NCBI GenBank assembly: GCA_041390685.1
Contig: JAWKPL010000001.1
Span: forward strand, 2,545,269 to 2,609,268
Origin: Dehalococcoidia bacterium
GTDB taxonomy: Bacteria > Chloroflexota > Dehalococcoidia > UBA2979
Reading direction: 5' to 3'
DNA length: 64,000 nucleotides
Shown one piece after another: positions 9,896 to 19,070 of the stretch (position 1 is its first letter; the number at the start of each line of letters is the position of its first letter). The translations under genes were made by a program, and so were the position numbers. A model generated the notes under the pieces. That model ran no database searches. It was given only the letters and a program-made list of their open reading frames with translations, and was not told where the DNA came from.

Positions 9896-11683
9896 ATGTC
9901 AGATCCATTCGAGGTGCAGGAGGGGCGCTGGTCGATGAACCGACGCGCTCTCCTTCGGGGTGGCTCGCTCGCCGTCGCCGGCGTCGCCGCCGCTGCCCTC
10001 ATCGGCTGCGGCAGTGACGACGAGGAGTCGGACTCCGGCTCGGGCGACTCGACCGGCACCCCCGCGGCTACCGGCACCGCCGCCGCCTCCAACGTCGACC
10101 AGGGCCCGGGCCTGCCGTACCCGTTCAACTTCAAGGAGCCCGACAAGACCCCCAAGGACGGCGGCACCATGACCGTCGGCGTCGCCTGGGATGTCTCGAC
10201 GATGGACCCGACGAAGTCCGCCGCCGGCGGCACGATCACTGTCCCGAACATCGTCTACGACCGCCTCATCGGCTTTAAGTCCGGCATCCACTACGACCGC
10301 CTGAAGCTCGAGCTCAAGCCGGAGCTGGCCAGCTCCTGGGAGCGCAGCCCGGATGGCCTCGTCTACACATTCAAGATCCGCCCCGGCGTGAAGTGGCAGA
10401 ACGTGGCGCCGTTGAGCGGCCGCGCCTTCGTCGCCTCCGACGCCGCGTTCGCGTACGAGCGCTACCGCAAGGAAGGCGTCCACACCGCGATCTGGTCGGA
10501 TGTCGACAAGATCGAGGCGCCTGATGACGCCACCCTGAAGATCACACTGAAGAAGCCGCTCGTCGACTTCATCAACAACCTCGGCGGCCGTTACCAGACC
10601 ATCTTCCCGAAGGAGCTGGTCGAGAACGACGCCATCTCCAAGACACCCATCGGCACCGGTCCGATGATCTTCAAGGACGCCACTCCGCAGCAGCAGGTGA
10701 CGTTCACGAAGAACCCCGACTACTGGCAGGGCAAGATCCACCTCGACGGCTGGGTCTTCAGGATCATGCCGGACATCGCTGCGCGTACCGCTGCCTTCCG
10801 TGCCGGCCAGCTGGACTACGCGTACAGCATCGCCGCGAAGCTCAGCGAGGCCCAGAACATCGAGAAGTCGATGAGCGGCCTGCAGATGCAGATCACCGGT
10901 GGCCAGGCCGGTGGCTACGGCTTCGGCATGAACGTCCAGAACGAGAAGTTCAAGGATGAGCGTGTCCGCCGCGCCATCGCCCTCGCGCAGGACCACCAGA
11001 CGACGCTCCAGCTCATCTACGAGGGCCTGGGCGTCGCACTGCCCGACCAGTTCTGGACCTTCGTCTACGACACGGAGCCGTCGATCCAGAACGGCGACCT
11101 CGGTCAGTGGAACAAGTGGGGCGGCGACGCCGCGGAGGCCAAGAAGCTCCTCGAGGCCGCCGGCGCGTCCAACCTCACCATCGACGCCACGTACTACACC
11201 TACGCCGGCTACGACGCCACGCGCCCGGAGGTCCTCACTGACCAGTTCCGCCGCGCCGGCATCAACTTCAACGCCAAGAAGGTGGAGTACACGGAGTTCA
11301 ACTCGCAGTGGGTCGGCGCCAAGCTCGCCGAGGCCACCACGAGTGGCTGGGGCGCGCCGGGCTTCGACGCGGACAACTACTTCTACAACCAGGTCCACTC
11401 CACGTCGCCCGGCAACCGGCACCAGATCAAGGACGCCCAGATCGACCAGTGGGCTGAGCAGCAGCGCGTCGAACTCGACCCGGCGAAGCGCAAGGAACTG
11501 CTCAAGAACATCTGGAACCGCATCTGGACCGACCAGATGTACCGCATCCCCCAGAGCGGTGGGTACGCCTTCGAGCTGTACCAGCCCTGGCTCCGCGGCT
11601 TCCGTTCGGGTGGCCCCAACGGCAGCAGCAGCTACTTCTACGACTGGGGCGAGCAGGTCATCGACATGTGGCTCGACAAGTAG
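9896..11683 (+). CDS. ABC transporter substrate-binding protein, family 5 (peptide/nickel/opine type)
   Basis: About 595 aa from ATG 9896, which follows a GGGGAG RBS. Twin-arginine-like signal MNRRALLRGGSLAVAGVAAAALIGCGSDD. SBP_bac_5-like body. Confidence 0.85.
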   Translation: MSDPFEVQEGRWSMNRRALLRGGSLAVAGVAAAALIGCGSDDEESDSGSGDSTGTPAATGTAAASNVDQGPGLPYPFNFKEPDKTPKDGGTMTVGVAWDVSTMDPTKSAAGGTITVPNIVYDRLIGFKSGIHYDRLKLELKPELASSWERSPDGLVYTFKIRPGVKWQNVAPLSGRAFVASDAAFAYERYRKEGVHTAIWSDVDKIEAPDDATLKITLKKPLVDFINNLGGRYQTIFPKELVENDAISKTPIGTGPMIFKDATPQQQVTFTKNPDYWQGKIHLDGWVFRIMPDIAARTAAFRAGQLDYAYSIAAKLSEAQNIEKSMSGLQMQITGGQAGGYGFGMNVQNEKFKDERVRRAIALAQDHQTTLQLIYEGLGVALPDQFWTFVYDTEPSIQNGDLGQWNKWGGDAAEAKKLLEAAGASNLTIDATYYTYAGYDATRPEVLTDQFRRAGINFNAKKVEYTEFNSQWVGAKLAEATTSGWGAPGFDADNYFYNQVHSTSPGNRHQIKDAQIDQWAEQQRVELDPAKRKELLKNIWNRIWTDQMYRIPQSGGYAFELYQPWLRGFRSGGPNGSSSYFYDWGEQVIDMWLDK

Positions 11684-11759
11684 TCGAGCGGCATCGGTAG
11701 CTCGTGGGTCCGTCCCGTGTCACTTGATCGTGGCACGGGGCGGACCTACCGTTTTCTCG

Positions 11760-11849
11760 ATGGAATCGACCACCATGACGCTCCACGCGCACCACGAGCA
11801 TGCCCATGCCCGCCACGTCGCGCCGCCGCGAGGTTGTCTCCGTCCATAG
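11760..11849 (+). promoter_or_regulatory. putative his operon leader peptide ORF (attenuator)
   Basis: 29-codon ORF MESTTMTLHAHHEHAHARHVAPPRGCLRP has 6 His codons within 11 codons (CAC GCG CAC CAC GAG CAT GCC CAT GCC CGC CAC). It lies about 25 nt upstream of a strong terminator hairpin and about 150 nt upstream of hisZ. Confidence 0.55.
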
Positions 11850-11872
11850 ACCACATCGGACCGGTTGATAAC

Positions 11873-11905
11873 ACGCCGCGGCGACTCCCGCGGCGTTTTG
11901 TTGTG
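11873..11905 (+). terminator. intrinsic terminator / attenuator hairpin upstream of hisZ
   Basis: Perfect 9-bp inverted repeat ACGCCGCGG-cgactc-CCGCGGCGT followed by TTTGTTGTG. Confidence 0.7.
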
Positions 11906-11996
11906 CGAACCGCCCCCAGACCAAGGAACGCGACCATTGAGCACCGTAGAATCCCTCGAGGAGACCCCCGCGCCCTCCGGCGCCTCAGGAGACAAC

Positions 11997-12977
11997 ATGG
12001 ATCACGTCTGGCGCAGCCGCGGCATGCGCGACTTCGGCCCCGACGAGATGCGACGCTTCCGTCGCGCGGAGCGCGCCTTCCTCGATGTGACATCCAGCCG
12101 CGGCTACGTCGAGATCCGCACCCCCGCCATTGAGCCCCTCCACCTCTTCACCGCGACCGGTTCGCTGTCCCCACAACTCCTCGACCGCGTGTATTCATTC
12201 CTCGACTGGGACGGATGGAGCGGCGAACGCGTCGTCCTGCGCCCCGACAACACGGTCCCCGCCGCCCGCTGGTACGAGGCCCACTGGCACGGCGCCAGCC
12301 CCGCCCGCCTTTCCTACGTGCAGCCCGTCTACCGCTTCGAGCCCGGCGACGAGGAGCGCGAGCAATGGCAGTGCGGCGTCGAGCTGTTCGACCTCGGCGC
12401 GCTCGAGGCCGACCGCGAGCTTCTGGTGCTGGGCGCCGATGTGCTCGCCGCCCTTGGTCTGAGCGACCTGACATTCGAACTGGCGCACGCCGGCCTCGTG
12501 CGTGCCATCCTCGATGCCGCCGGCCTCGATCCGGTCGCGCAGCTTGCGACGTACGACCGCCTCCTCCAGGGCGACCCGACAGTCGTGACCGAACTGATCG
12601 CGCTTCACCCCGACCGTGGAGCGGCGCTGCGTCTGCTGTTCGACGTCGACGGGACGGGCGGCGGCTACATCGCTAACCTGCGGTCGAGCCTCGGCGCGGC
12701 CGTCCCTGGCGCCGAGGGCCCGCTCCTCGAACTCGAAGCGGCAGCCGCGGCCCTCGATGACGCTGGCTACTCGTATCGCCTGGTCCCGGCCACGGCACGC
12801 AACTTCGAGTACTACACCGGCCTCACCTTCCGCCTGAGCGCCGGCAGCGCCGAGTGCGTTCGCGGCGGCCGCTACGATGGCCTCGGCGGTGCGCTCGGCG
12901 ACCGCTCCGCGCCCGCCTCCGGCTTCGCAGCCGACCTCGTCGCCCTCGCCACGCTCCTTGAGGCGTACGAGGAATGA
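11997..12977 (+). CDS. hisZ: ATP phosphoribosyltransferase regulatory subunit HisZ
   Basis: 326 aa from ATG 11997. HisRS-like catalytic core without anticodon domain (MDHVWRSRGMRDFGPDEMRRFRRAERAFLDVTSSRGYVEIRTPAIEP). Precedes hisG. Confidence 0.85.
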   Translation: MDHVWRSRGMRDFGPDEMRRFRRAERAFLDVTSSRGYVEIRTPAIEPLHLFTATGSLSPQLLDRVYSFLDWDGWSGERVVLRPDNTVPAARWYEAHWHGASPARLSYVQPVYRFEPGDEEREQWQCGVELFDLGALEADRELLVLGADVLAALGLSDLTFELAHAGLVRAILDAAGLDPVAQLATYDRLLQGDPTVVTELIALHPDRGAALRLLFDVDGTGGGYIANLRSSLGAAVPGAEGPLLELEAAAAALDDAGYSYRLVPATARNFEYYTGLTFRLSAGSAECVRGGRYDGLGGALGDRSAPASGFAADLVALATLLEAYEE

Positions 12978-14383
12978 GCGGCGAGATTCGTGTCGCGCTG
13001 CCTCGCGGCGAGCTGCGCGAGGCGCTCGCCAAGCAGCTGCGCGCCGTCGGCTTCGTCGCTGAAGGCTACGGCGAGGGTTCGCGCGCGTACCGCTTCACCG
13101 TCACCGGCCACCCCGGCGTGGTCGTGCGCGTCTTCTCTGACCGCGACATCCCCATCCAGGTGGCGCTGGGGCAGTACGACCTCGGGATCACGCGCAGCGC
13201 CTGGGTCGACGAACTCCTCGTACGCTACGCGCAGGACTCGATCGTCGCGCTCCGCCCGCTCGACCTTGGACGCGAGCGCCTCGTCATCGCCGCCCCGCCC
13301 GGTACGGATCTCGATGCGCTCGCCACCTCACGAGTCGTGCGCGTGGCCACGGAGTACCCCCACCTCACGTCTCGCTTCATGAACCGTCTGCGCGTTCCCT
13401 CCTACCGCCTCTATGAGGTCTGGGGACAGGCTCAGGCCTGGCCCCCTGAGGACGCGGACCTCGCCGCCGTGCCGGAGCAGACCCTGGCCGGGGAAGACCT
13501 GGTCGCCCTCGCCACCGTGCACGAGGGCTCGCCGATGCTCATCGCGAACCGTGCTTCGCTGGCCACCCGCGACCTCGCGAGCGCCCTCGATGCCCTGCTC
13601 CGTCTACCGATGCAGCCGGCGCCGGTCGGGCCGGTCGACCCCCGGCCGCTGCCGCGTGGCCGCGCCCCGCGCCTCGCGGCGCCGCCCGAGCGCACGGCGT
13701 TCCGTATCGCCGTGCCGGACGGTCACGCGCAACGGCACACCGTTGCCGCTCTCGCCGAGGCCGGCATCAGCTTCGACGGCTACGAGGAGCGCGCCGCCGT
13801 CCGCCGCCCTCGCTCGTCGCTGCCCGGCGTCGAGGTGAAAGTCATCCGTCCGCAGGACATGCCGATGGCCGTCGCCCTGGGCGCGTACGACCTGGCCCTC
13901 ACCGGCCGCGACTGGCTCGCTGCCCACCTCTCGGCCTTCCCCGGCTCGCCGGTCATCGAGCTCGCCGACCTCCGCCGCAGCCGCTACTCTCTCGGCGCCG
14001 TCGTGCCCGATGACCTGCCAGCGGATACCATCGACCAGGCCATCGCGTACTGGCGTCGCGACGACCCGAACAGGCCCATCCGCGTGGCCTCCGAATACGT
14101 CGCGCTCGCTGACGACTACGCCCGCGAACGGCGCCTCGGCCGCTACCAGGTGATCCCCATCGCCGGAGCCTCCGAGGGCTTCGTACCAGACGACGCCGAG
14201 ATCCTCATCGAGGGTTCAGAGACCGGCACCACCCTGCGCGCCAATCGGCTGCGTATGATCGATATCACGATGGAGTCGACCAACTGCGCGATCGGTGCGC
14301 TGCAGCGCCCAACCGGAGCACGCGGCGAGATGCGCGACCAGTTCGTGGAGCGGCTGCGCGCCGCTGCCTCGGTGGTGGCATAG
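12974..14383 (+). CDS. hisG: ATP phosphoribosyltransferase, tandem-duplicated short-form HisG (two HisG domains in one chain)
   Basis: 469 aa. Residues 1-230 (IRVALPRGELREALAKQL...DIPIQVALGQYDLGIT...LIANRAS) and 235-469 (FRIAVPDGHAQRH...MPMAVALGAYDLALTG...GSETGTTLRANRLRMI) each resemble a complete HisG-S. Confidence 0.85.
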   Translation: MSGEIRVALPRGELREALAKQLRAVGFVAEGYGEGSRAYRFTVTGHPGVVVRVFSDRDIPIQVALGQYDLGITRSAWVDELLVRYAQDSIVALRPLDLGRERLVIAAPPGTDLDALATSRVVRVATEYPHLTSRFMNRLRVPSYRLYEVWGQAQAWPPEDADLAAVPEQTLAGEDLVALATVHEGSPMLIANRASLATRDLASALDALLRLPMQPAPVGPVDPRPLPRGRAPRLAAPPERTAFRIAVPDGHAQRHTVAALAEAGISFDGYEERAAVRRPRSSLPGVEVKVIRPQDMPMAVALGAYDLALTGRDWLAAHLSAFPGSPVIELADLRRSRYSLGAVVPDDLPADTIDQAIAYWRRDDPNRPIRVASEYVALADDYARERRLGRYQVIPIAGASEGFVPDDAEILIEGSETGTTLRANRLRMIDITMESTNCAIGALQRPTGARGEMRDQFVERLRAAASVVA

Positions 14384-14385
14384 CC

Positions 14386-15138
14386 GTGCCCTCCCTCGGG
14401 TCGCACCTGGCCAGCGCGCGCCTCCTCGCCGGGCGTCTCGCCCACTCCGGCATCGACGAGGACCGCGGTGCCTTTTACCTCGGCGCGACCGCGCCCGACA
14501 TCCGTGTCCTCACGCGCCTCGACCGCGAGCACACGCACTTCTTCACGCTCGACGACTTCGAGGATCAGGACTCCATCGCGCGCCTGTTCGCCGAGCACCC
14601 GCACCTGCGCGACGCAGTCGTCCTCGACGCGACGACCCGCGCCTTCATGGCCGGCTACCTGACCCACCTGCTCATGGATCAGCGGTACATCGAGCGCATC
14701 TACCGCGAGTTCTTCGGCGCGTCGTCTGCTTATGCCCAGGACCCGCGAGGCAACGTCCTCGATCGTCTGCTCCAGTACGAGATGGACCGCCGCGAGCGCG
14801 AGGACGTCGACGCCATGACCGAAATCCGCGAGGCCCTCGCGGGCACCAGCGCCGCTGCCGACGTCGGCTTCATCGAGCGCGCCACCCTGCAGCAGTGGCG
14901 CGAGGTGGCCTGCGATATCGCTGGCCAGCCGCCCACGTGGGACCGCTTTCAGCGCATCGCCAGTAGGCACCTGCCCGCGGCGGGCATCGATACCGAGGAA
15001 GCCCTCGAGCAGTTCTACCGCGACCTGCCCGACCTCCTGAAGGAGACCATCGACCACGTGACCGAGGAGCGCATGCGCGAGTTCATCGACCTGACCGTGG
15101 ACGACACCACCGATCGCCTGCGGGAGTACCTCCAGTGA
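14386..15138 (+). CDS. hypothetical protein, zinc-dependent phospholipase C / S1-P1 nuclease-like fold, embedded in his operon
   Basis: 250 aa. GTG start 2 nt after the hisG stop. Its 3' end overlaps the hisD start. His-rich N-terminal motifs (GSHLASARLLAGRLAHSG, HTHFF, HPHLRD, GYLTHLLMD). Confidence 0.5.
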   Translation: MPSLGSHLASARLLAGRLAHSGIDEDRGAFYLGATAPDIRVLTRLDREHTHFFTLDDFEDQDSIARLFAEHPHLRDAVVLDATTRAFMAGYLTHLLMDQRYIERIYREFFGASSAYAQDPRGNVLDRLLQYEMDRREREDVDAMTEIREALAGTSAAADVGFIERATLQQWREVACDIAGQPPTWDRFQRIASRHLPAAGIDTEEALEQFYRDLPDLLKETIDHVTEERMREFIDLTVDDTTDRLREYLQ

Positions 15139-16469
15139 CCGGGTACGCGCTTCGCATCGTCGAGGGCGCAGAAGCCGCGCGCGCGTCCGTCCTCCGGCGC
15201 GAGGCCGCCGAGACGACCCTCCCCGAGGCGGTACAGCGCTCGATCATCGAGACCTTCGGCGAACCGCTCACCGCCGCTCAGGTCGTCGCCCGCATCATCG
15301 AAGATGTCCGCCGCGAGGGCGACGCCGCCGTCAAGCGCTACTCGCAGCGCTTCGACGGCTCCGCCGACGCGCCGATGGAAGTCACCCCCGAGGAGATCGA
15401 CGCTGCCTTCTCGATGGTGCCGGCCGAGCTCCTCGAAGCCGTCGAGTTCATGGCCGACCGCGTGCGCGCTTTCCACGTCCACCAGCGCGAGCACGGCCCG
15501 CAGCCGTTCACCGAGCACGGCCTCGGCATGATCGTGCGCCCCATCCAGCGCGCCGGCATCTACATGACCGGCAACGTGGCCGTGCTTCCCTCGTCAGTCG
15601 TCCACACTGCCGCGCCCGCCGTCGCCGCCGGCGTCGAGGAGATCGTCGGCGTCACCGCCGCGCGCGAGGACGGCTCCGTCCACCCGCTCAAGCTCGTCGC
15701 CTCCCGCCTGGCTGGCGTGCAGCGCGTCTTCCGCGCCTCCGGCGCGCAGGCGCTCGCTGCCCTTGCCTTCGGCACGGACTCCATCCCCCGCGTCGAAAAG
15801 GTCTTTGGCCCCGGGAACATCTTCGTGACCCTCGCCAAGCAACAGCTCTACGGCCAGGTCGGCATCGACGCTCTCTACGGCCCCACCGAGACCGTCGTCC
15901 TCGCGGACGACTCCGCTGCCCCCGACCTCTGTGCCGCTGACCTCCTCGCCCAGGCGGAGCACGACGCGCTCGCCCGCCCCGTCCTCATCACCACGAGCCT
16001 CGACCACGCCCGCGAGGTCGCCGAGGAGCTCGAGGCCCAGCTTGCAGACCTTGAGCGCGGCGCAGTCGCCCGTGCCGCCATCGAGCGGGGCGGCGCCGTC
16101 GTCGCCGCCACCCTCGACGAGGCCATCATGCTCGCGAACGAGTTCGCCCCGGAGCACCTCTGCCTCGTCACCCGCGACCCCGAGGCCGTGGCCGCGCGTA
16201 TCGAGAACGCCGGCGGTCTCTTCATCGGCGAATCCTCCCCGGAGGTGCTCGGCGACTACGTCGCCGGCCCGAGCCACGTCATGCCCACCGGCGGCTCGGC
16301 CCGCTTCGCCTCACCCCTCACCGTCAACGACTTCCTGAAGACGATCTCCACCATCGCCCTCTCCGAGGACGAGTTGCGCCGCATCGGCCCCTACGCCGCC
16401 GCCCTCGCACGCGCTGAGGGCCTCACCGGCCACGCCCGCTCCATCGAGCTCCGTCTCGAGGGCCGCTAG
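15135..16469 (+). CDS. hisD: histidinol dehydrogenase
   Basis: 444 aa. HisD motifs conserved (QAEHD, GPGNIFVT, GESSPEVLGDY). Confidence 0.95.
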   Translation: MTGYALRIVEGAEAARASVLRREAAETTLPEAVQRSIIETFGEPLTAAQVVARIIEDVRREGDAAVKRYSQRFDGSADAPMEVTPEEIDAAFSMVPAELLEAVEFMADRVRAFHVHQREHGPQPFTEHGLGMIVRPIQRAGIYMTGNVAVLPSSVVHTAAPAVAAGVEEIVGVTAAREDGSVHPLKLVASRLAGVQRVFRASGAQALAALAFGTDSIPRVEKVFGPGNIFVTLAKQQLYGQVGIDALYGPTETVVLADDSAAPDLCAADLLAQAEHDALARPVLITTSLDHAREVAEELEAQLADLERGAVARAAIERGGAVVAATLDEAIMLANEFAPEHLCLVTRDPEAVAARIENAGGLFIGESSPEVLGDYVAGPSHVMPTGGSARFASPLTVNDFLKTISTIALSEDELRRIGPYAAALARAEGLTGHARSIELRLEGR

Positions 16470-17570
16470 ATGCCGCCCTTTGATCTCGCCGCCGCCCTCC
16501 GCCCCGCCCTCCGCGGCATGCAGGGCTACAGCCCGATCGCTCCACCCGAGGAGGTCGCCGCCCGCTACGGCATCCCCGTGGAACGCATCGTGAAGCTCGA
16601 TGCCAACGAGAACCCGTACGGCCCATCGCCGCGCGCCCTCGAGGCGGTCCGCGCCCTCGTCGGCGCCAACCGCTACCCCGACCCCGACCAGCGCGCCATC
16701 CGCGCGGCCCTGGCCGCCCGCCACGGCGTCGACCCCGACTGCATCGTCGCCGGCGCCGGCTCTGATGAGATCATCGACCTGCTCTTCCGCTCCTTCGTCA
16801 GCCCCGGCGACCGCGTCGTGGTCGCCTCCCCCACCTTCGGCATGTACGCCTTCGACGGTGAGCTGCAGGGCGCCGAGGTCGTCGACGTCCCGCTGCGCGA
16901 TGGCTGGGCGTTCGACGCCGAGGCCCTCGTCGAGGCGGCCTCGACCGCTCGTCTCGCCTGCATCCCCTCCCCGAACAACCCGACCGGCAACCTGCTCCCA
17001 CGCGACCTCGCCGAGGCCATCGCCGGCTCCGGAGCCCTCCTCGTCGTCGACGAGGCCTACATCGAGTTCTCGCACGCCGAGTCGCTGGCCGCCGCCGCCG
17101 CTGCGGGCGGCTCCATCGTGGTGCTGCGCACCTTCAGCAAGTGGGGCGGCCTCGCCGGCCTCCGCATCGGCTACGGCATCATGCCCCGCGAGGTCGCCCG
17201 GACGCTCATGCTCGTCAAGCAGCCCTACGGCGTGAACGTCGCCGCCGAGGCCGCCGCGCTCGCGTCCCTCGAGGATGTGGCGCTCCTCGATGAACGAGCC
17301 TGCACCCTCGCCGGCGAGCGCGATCGCATGGCCGAGGCCGTGCGCGCCCTCGGCTGGCTCGAACCCGCCCCCTCCGAGGCGAACTTCGTCCTCTGCCGCC
17401 TCCTCCGCTCCGACGGTGTGACCGTCCGCGAGGCGCTCCGTCGTCGCGGCATCTTCGTCCGCACCTTCGACCACCCCCGCCTGACCAATCACGTCCGCAT
17501 CTCCGCCGGACGCCCCGAGGACACCGAGCGGCTGCTCGCCGCGCTCAACGAGATCGAGGGACAGCTGTGA
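16470..17570 (+). CDS. hisC: histidinol-phosphate aminotransferase
   Basis: 366 aa class II aminotransferase (KLDANENPYGPSP, RTFSKWGGLAGLRIGY). Start abuts the hisD stop. Confidence 0.9.
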   Translation: MPPFDLAAALRPALRGMQGYSPIAPPEEVAARYGIPVERIVKLDANENPYGPSPRALEAVRALVGANRYPDPDQRAIRAALAARHGVDPDCIVAGAGSDEIIDLLFRSFVSPGDRVVVASPTFGMYAFDGELQGAEVVDVPLRDGWAFDAEALVEAASTARLACIPSPNNPTGNLLPRDLAEAIAGSGALLVVDEAYIEFSHAESLAAAAAAGGSIVVLRTFSKWGGLAGLRIGYGIMPREVARTLMLVKQPYGVNVAAEAAALASLEDVALLDERACTLAGERDRMAEAVRALGWLEPAPSEANFVLCRLLRSDGVTVREALRRRGIFVRTFDHPRLTNHVRISAGRPEDTERLLAALNEIEGQL

Positions 17571-18175
17571 CGAATAGCCTCGGACGCCGCGCCGTCGTCG
17601 ACCGCGAGACCGCGGAGACCCGCATCCACGTCGACCTCCAGGTCGACGGCCGCGGACTCGCCACCGTCCGCACGGGCATCGGCTTCTACGACCACATGCT
17701 GAGCGCCTTCGCGAAGCACGGCCGCTTCGACCTCGAACTGACCTGCGAAGGCGACCTCGAGGTGGACGCGCACCACACGATGGAGGACTGCGCCATCGCC
17801 CTCGGCGCCGCCTTCGACCGCGCCCTCGGCGACCGCGCCGGCCTGGTGCGTATGGGCGACGCCCTCGTCCCCCTGGACGAGGCGCTGATTCAGGCCGCCA
17901 TCGACCTCTCCGGCCGCCCCTTCGCCGCCATCTCGCTCGCCTTCGGCGGCGAGCGCATCGGCGAGGCCCCCACCGAGATGGTCGCGCACGTGCTGCAGTC
18001 GTTCTCCGTCGGCGCGCGCCTCACGCTGCACGTCCGCCAGCTCTCCGGCGCCAACGACCACCACATCGCCGAGGCCACGATGAAGGCCCTCGGACGCGCC
18101 CTCGATGCCGCCACCCGCCCCGACGACCGCATCGCCGGCGAAGTCCCGAGCACGAAGGGCACCCTGACGACATAA
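17567..18175 (+). CDS. hisB: imidazoleglycerol-phosphate dehydratase
   Basis: 202 aa with IGPD motifs (IGFYDHMLSAFAKHGRFDLELTCEGDLEVDAHHTMEDCAIALG). Confidence 0.95.
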   Translation: MTNSLGRRAVVDRETAETRIHVDLQVDGRGLATVRTGIGFYDHMLSAFAKHGRFDLELTCEGDLEVDAHHTMEDCAIALGAAFDRALGDRAGLVRMGDALVPLDEALIQAAIDLSGRPFAAISLAFGGERIGEAPTEMVAHVLQSFSVGARLTLHVRQLSGANDHHIAEATMKALGRALDAATRPDDRIAGEVPSTKGTLTT

Positions 18176-18179
18176 CCGG

Positions 18180-19070
18180 TCAGCGTGACGCAGCGCCGAT
18201 GTGCACCAGCACCTCGGCGATACCGCCCACCTCCCCGCGCAGCCTCGCATCGACGGCCTGAGCGATCGCGTGCGCCTCCTGCACCGTGAGTCCGGGATCG
18301 ACGTGGATATGCAGGTCGACGCGCACCTGCCCCGGCTCGCCGCGCGACCGCACGGCATGACAGTCCTCGACACCGGCGACGCCACACGCCAGGAGGCGCA
18401 GCTGCTCCACATCCAGCGGGGTCACATCCGTGAGCGTCGCCGCGGCGTCGCGCACGATCGACCAGGCGCGCCATGCCACCACGCCGCCCATCACGAGTGC
18501 GACGAGGGGGTCGAAGCGCAGCAGCCCGCCGTAGCTGGCAGCGATGCCCGCCAGCACAGCGATCGCCGCCACTGCATCGGCAAGGCTGTGGGTCGCCTCG
18601 GAACGCAGGATCCGGCTCGACAGGTGCGCGTCTGCTCGCCGGAGCACGAGGAACAGCCCGCCGTTGGCCGCCGCCGACGCGGCCATCAGCGCGATCCCCC
18701 ACCCGCCCCGCGAGACCTCCTCCGGATGGATCAGTCGGGGGATCGCGACCGCCGCGATCAGCCCGACGGCCGCGAGGAGCAACATGCCGATCACGAGTGC
18801 GCTCAGCGACTCGAAGCGCTCGTAGCCGTAGGGGTGCCGTGCGTCGGCCGGTCGCGTGCTCAGCCAGATGCCGCCCAGCGACGAGACGTGCGCCGCCGCG
18901 CCGATCGTGACGTGCACCGCACTGGCCGTGATCCCGGCGCTACCGGTGAACCACGCGCCGCCGAACTGCGCCATCGCCAGGAGCGCGTGCACACCGACGG
19001 CCAGTGCCAGCGGTCGCACGAGCGCACGCCGTCGCTGCGCCCCCGTCTCCCGAGACGGCCCGCCCTGCAT
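18180..19070 (-). CDS. cation diffusion facilitator family transporter
   Basis: 296 aa from ATG at 19070. 6-TM CDF core (HPYGYERFESLSALVIGMLLL, SEATHSLADAVAAIAVLAGI) with C-terminal cytoplasmic domain. Start overlaps the stop of the upstream ZIP gene by 1 nt (TGATG). Confidence 0.85.
   Translation of the reverse strand: MQGGPSRETGAQRRRALVRPLALAVGVHALLAMAQFGGAWFTGSAGITASAVHVTIGAAAHVSSLGGIWLSTRPADARHPYGYERFESLSALVIGMLLLAAVGLIAAVAIPRLIHPEEVSRGGWGIALMAASAAANGGLFLVLRRADAHLSSRILRSEATHSLADAVAAIAVLAGIAASYGGLLRFDPLVALVMGGVVAWRAWSIVRDAAATLTDVTPLDVEQLRLLACGVAGVEDCHAVRSRGEPGQVRVDLHIHVDPGLTVQEAHAIAQAVDARLRGEVGGIAEVLVHIGAASR

Noticed and set aside
11716-11745. Second hairpin (CCCGTGTCAC-ttgatc-GTGGCACGGG, one mismatch) just upstream of the leader peptide ATG as part of the attenuator
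   Set aside because: It lies upstream of the leader ORF start. It more likely terminates the preceding SBP gene, so it is not counted as part of the attenuator.
11684-11996. T-box riboswitch upstream of hisZ
   Set aside because: No match to the conserved T-box sequence (AAUUAGGGUGGNACCGCG) or specifier-loop architecture. The His-codon leader peptide plus terminator explains the region better.
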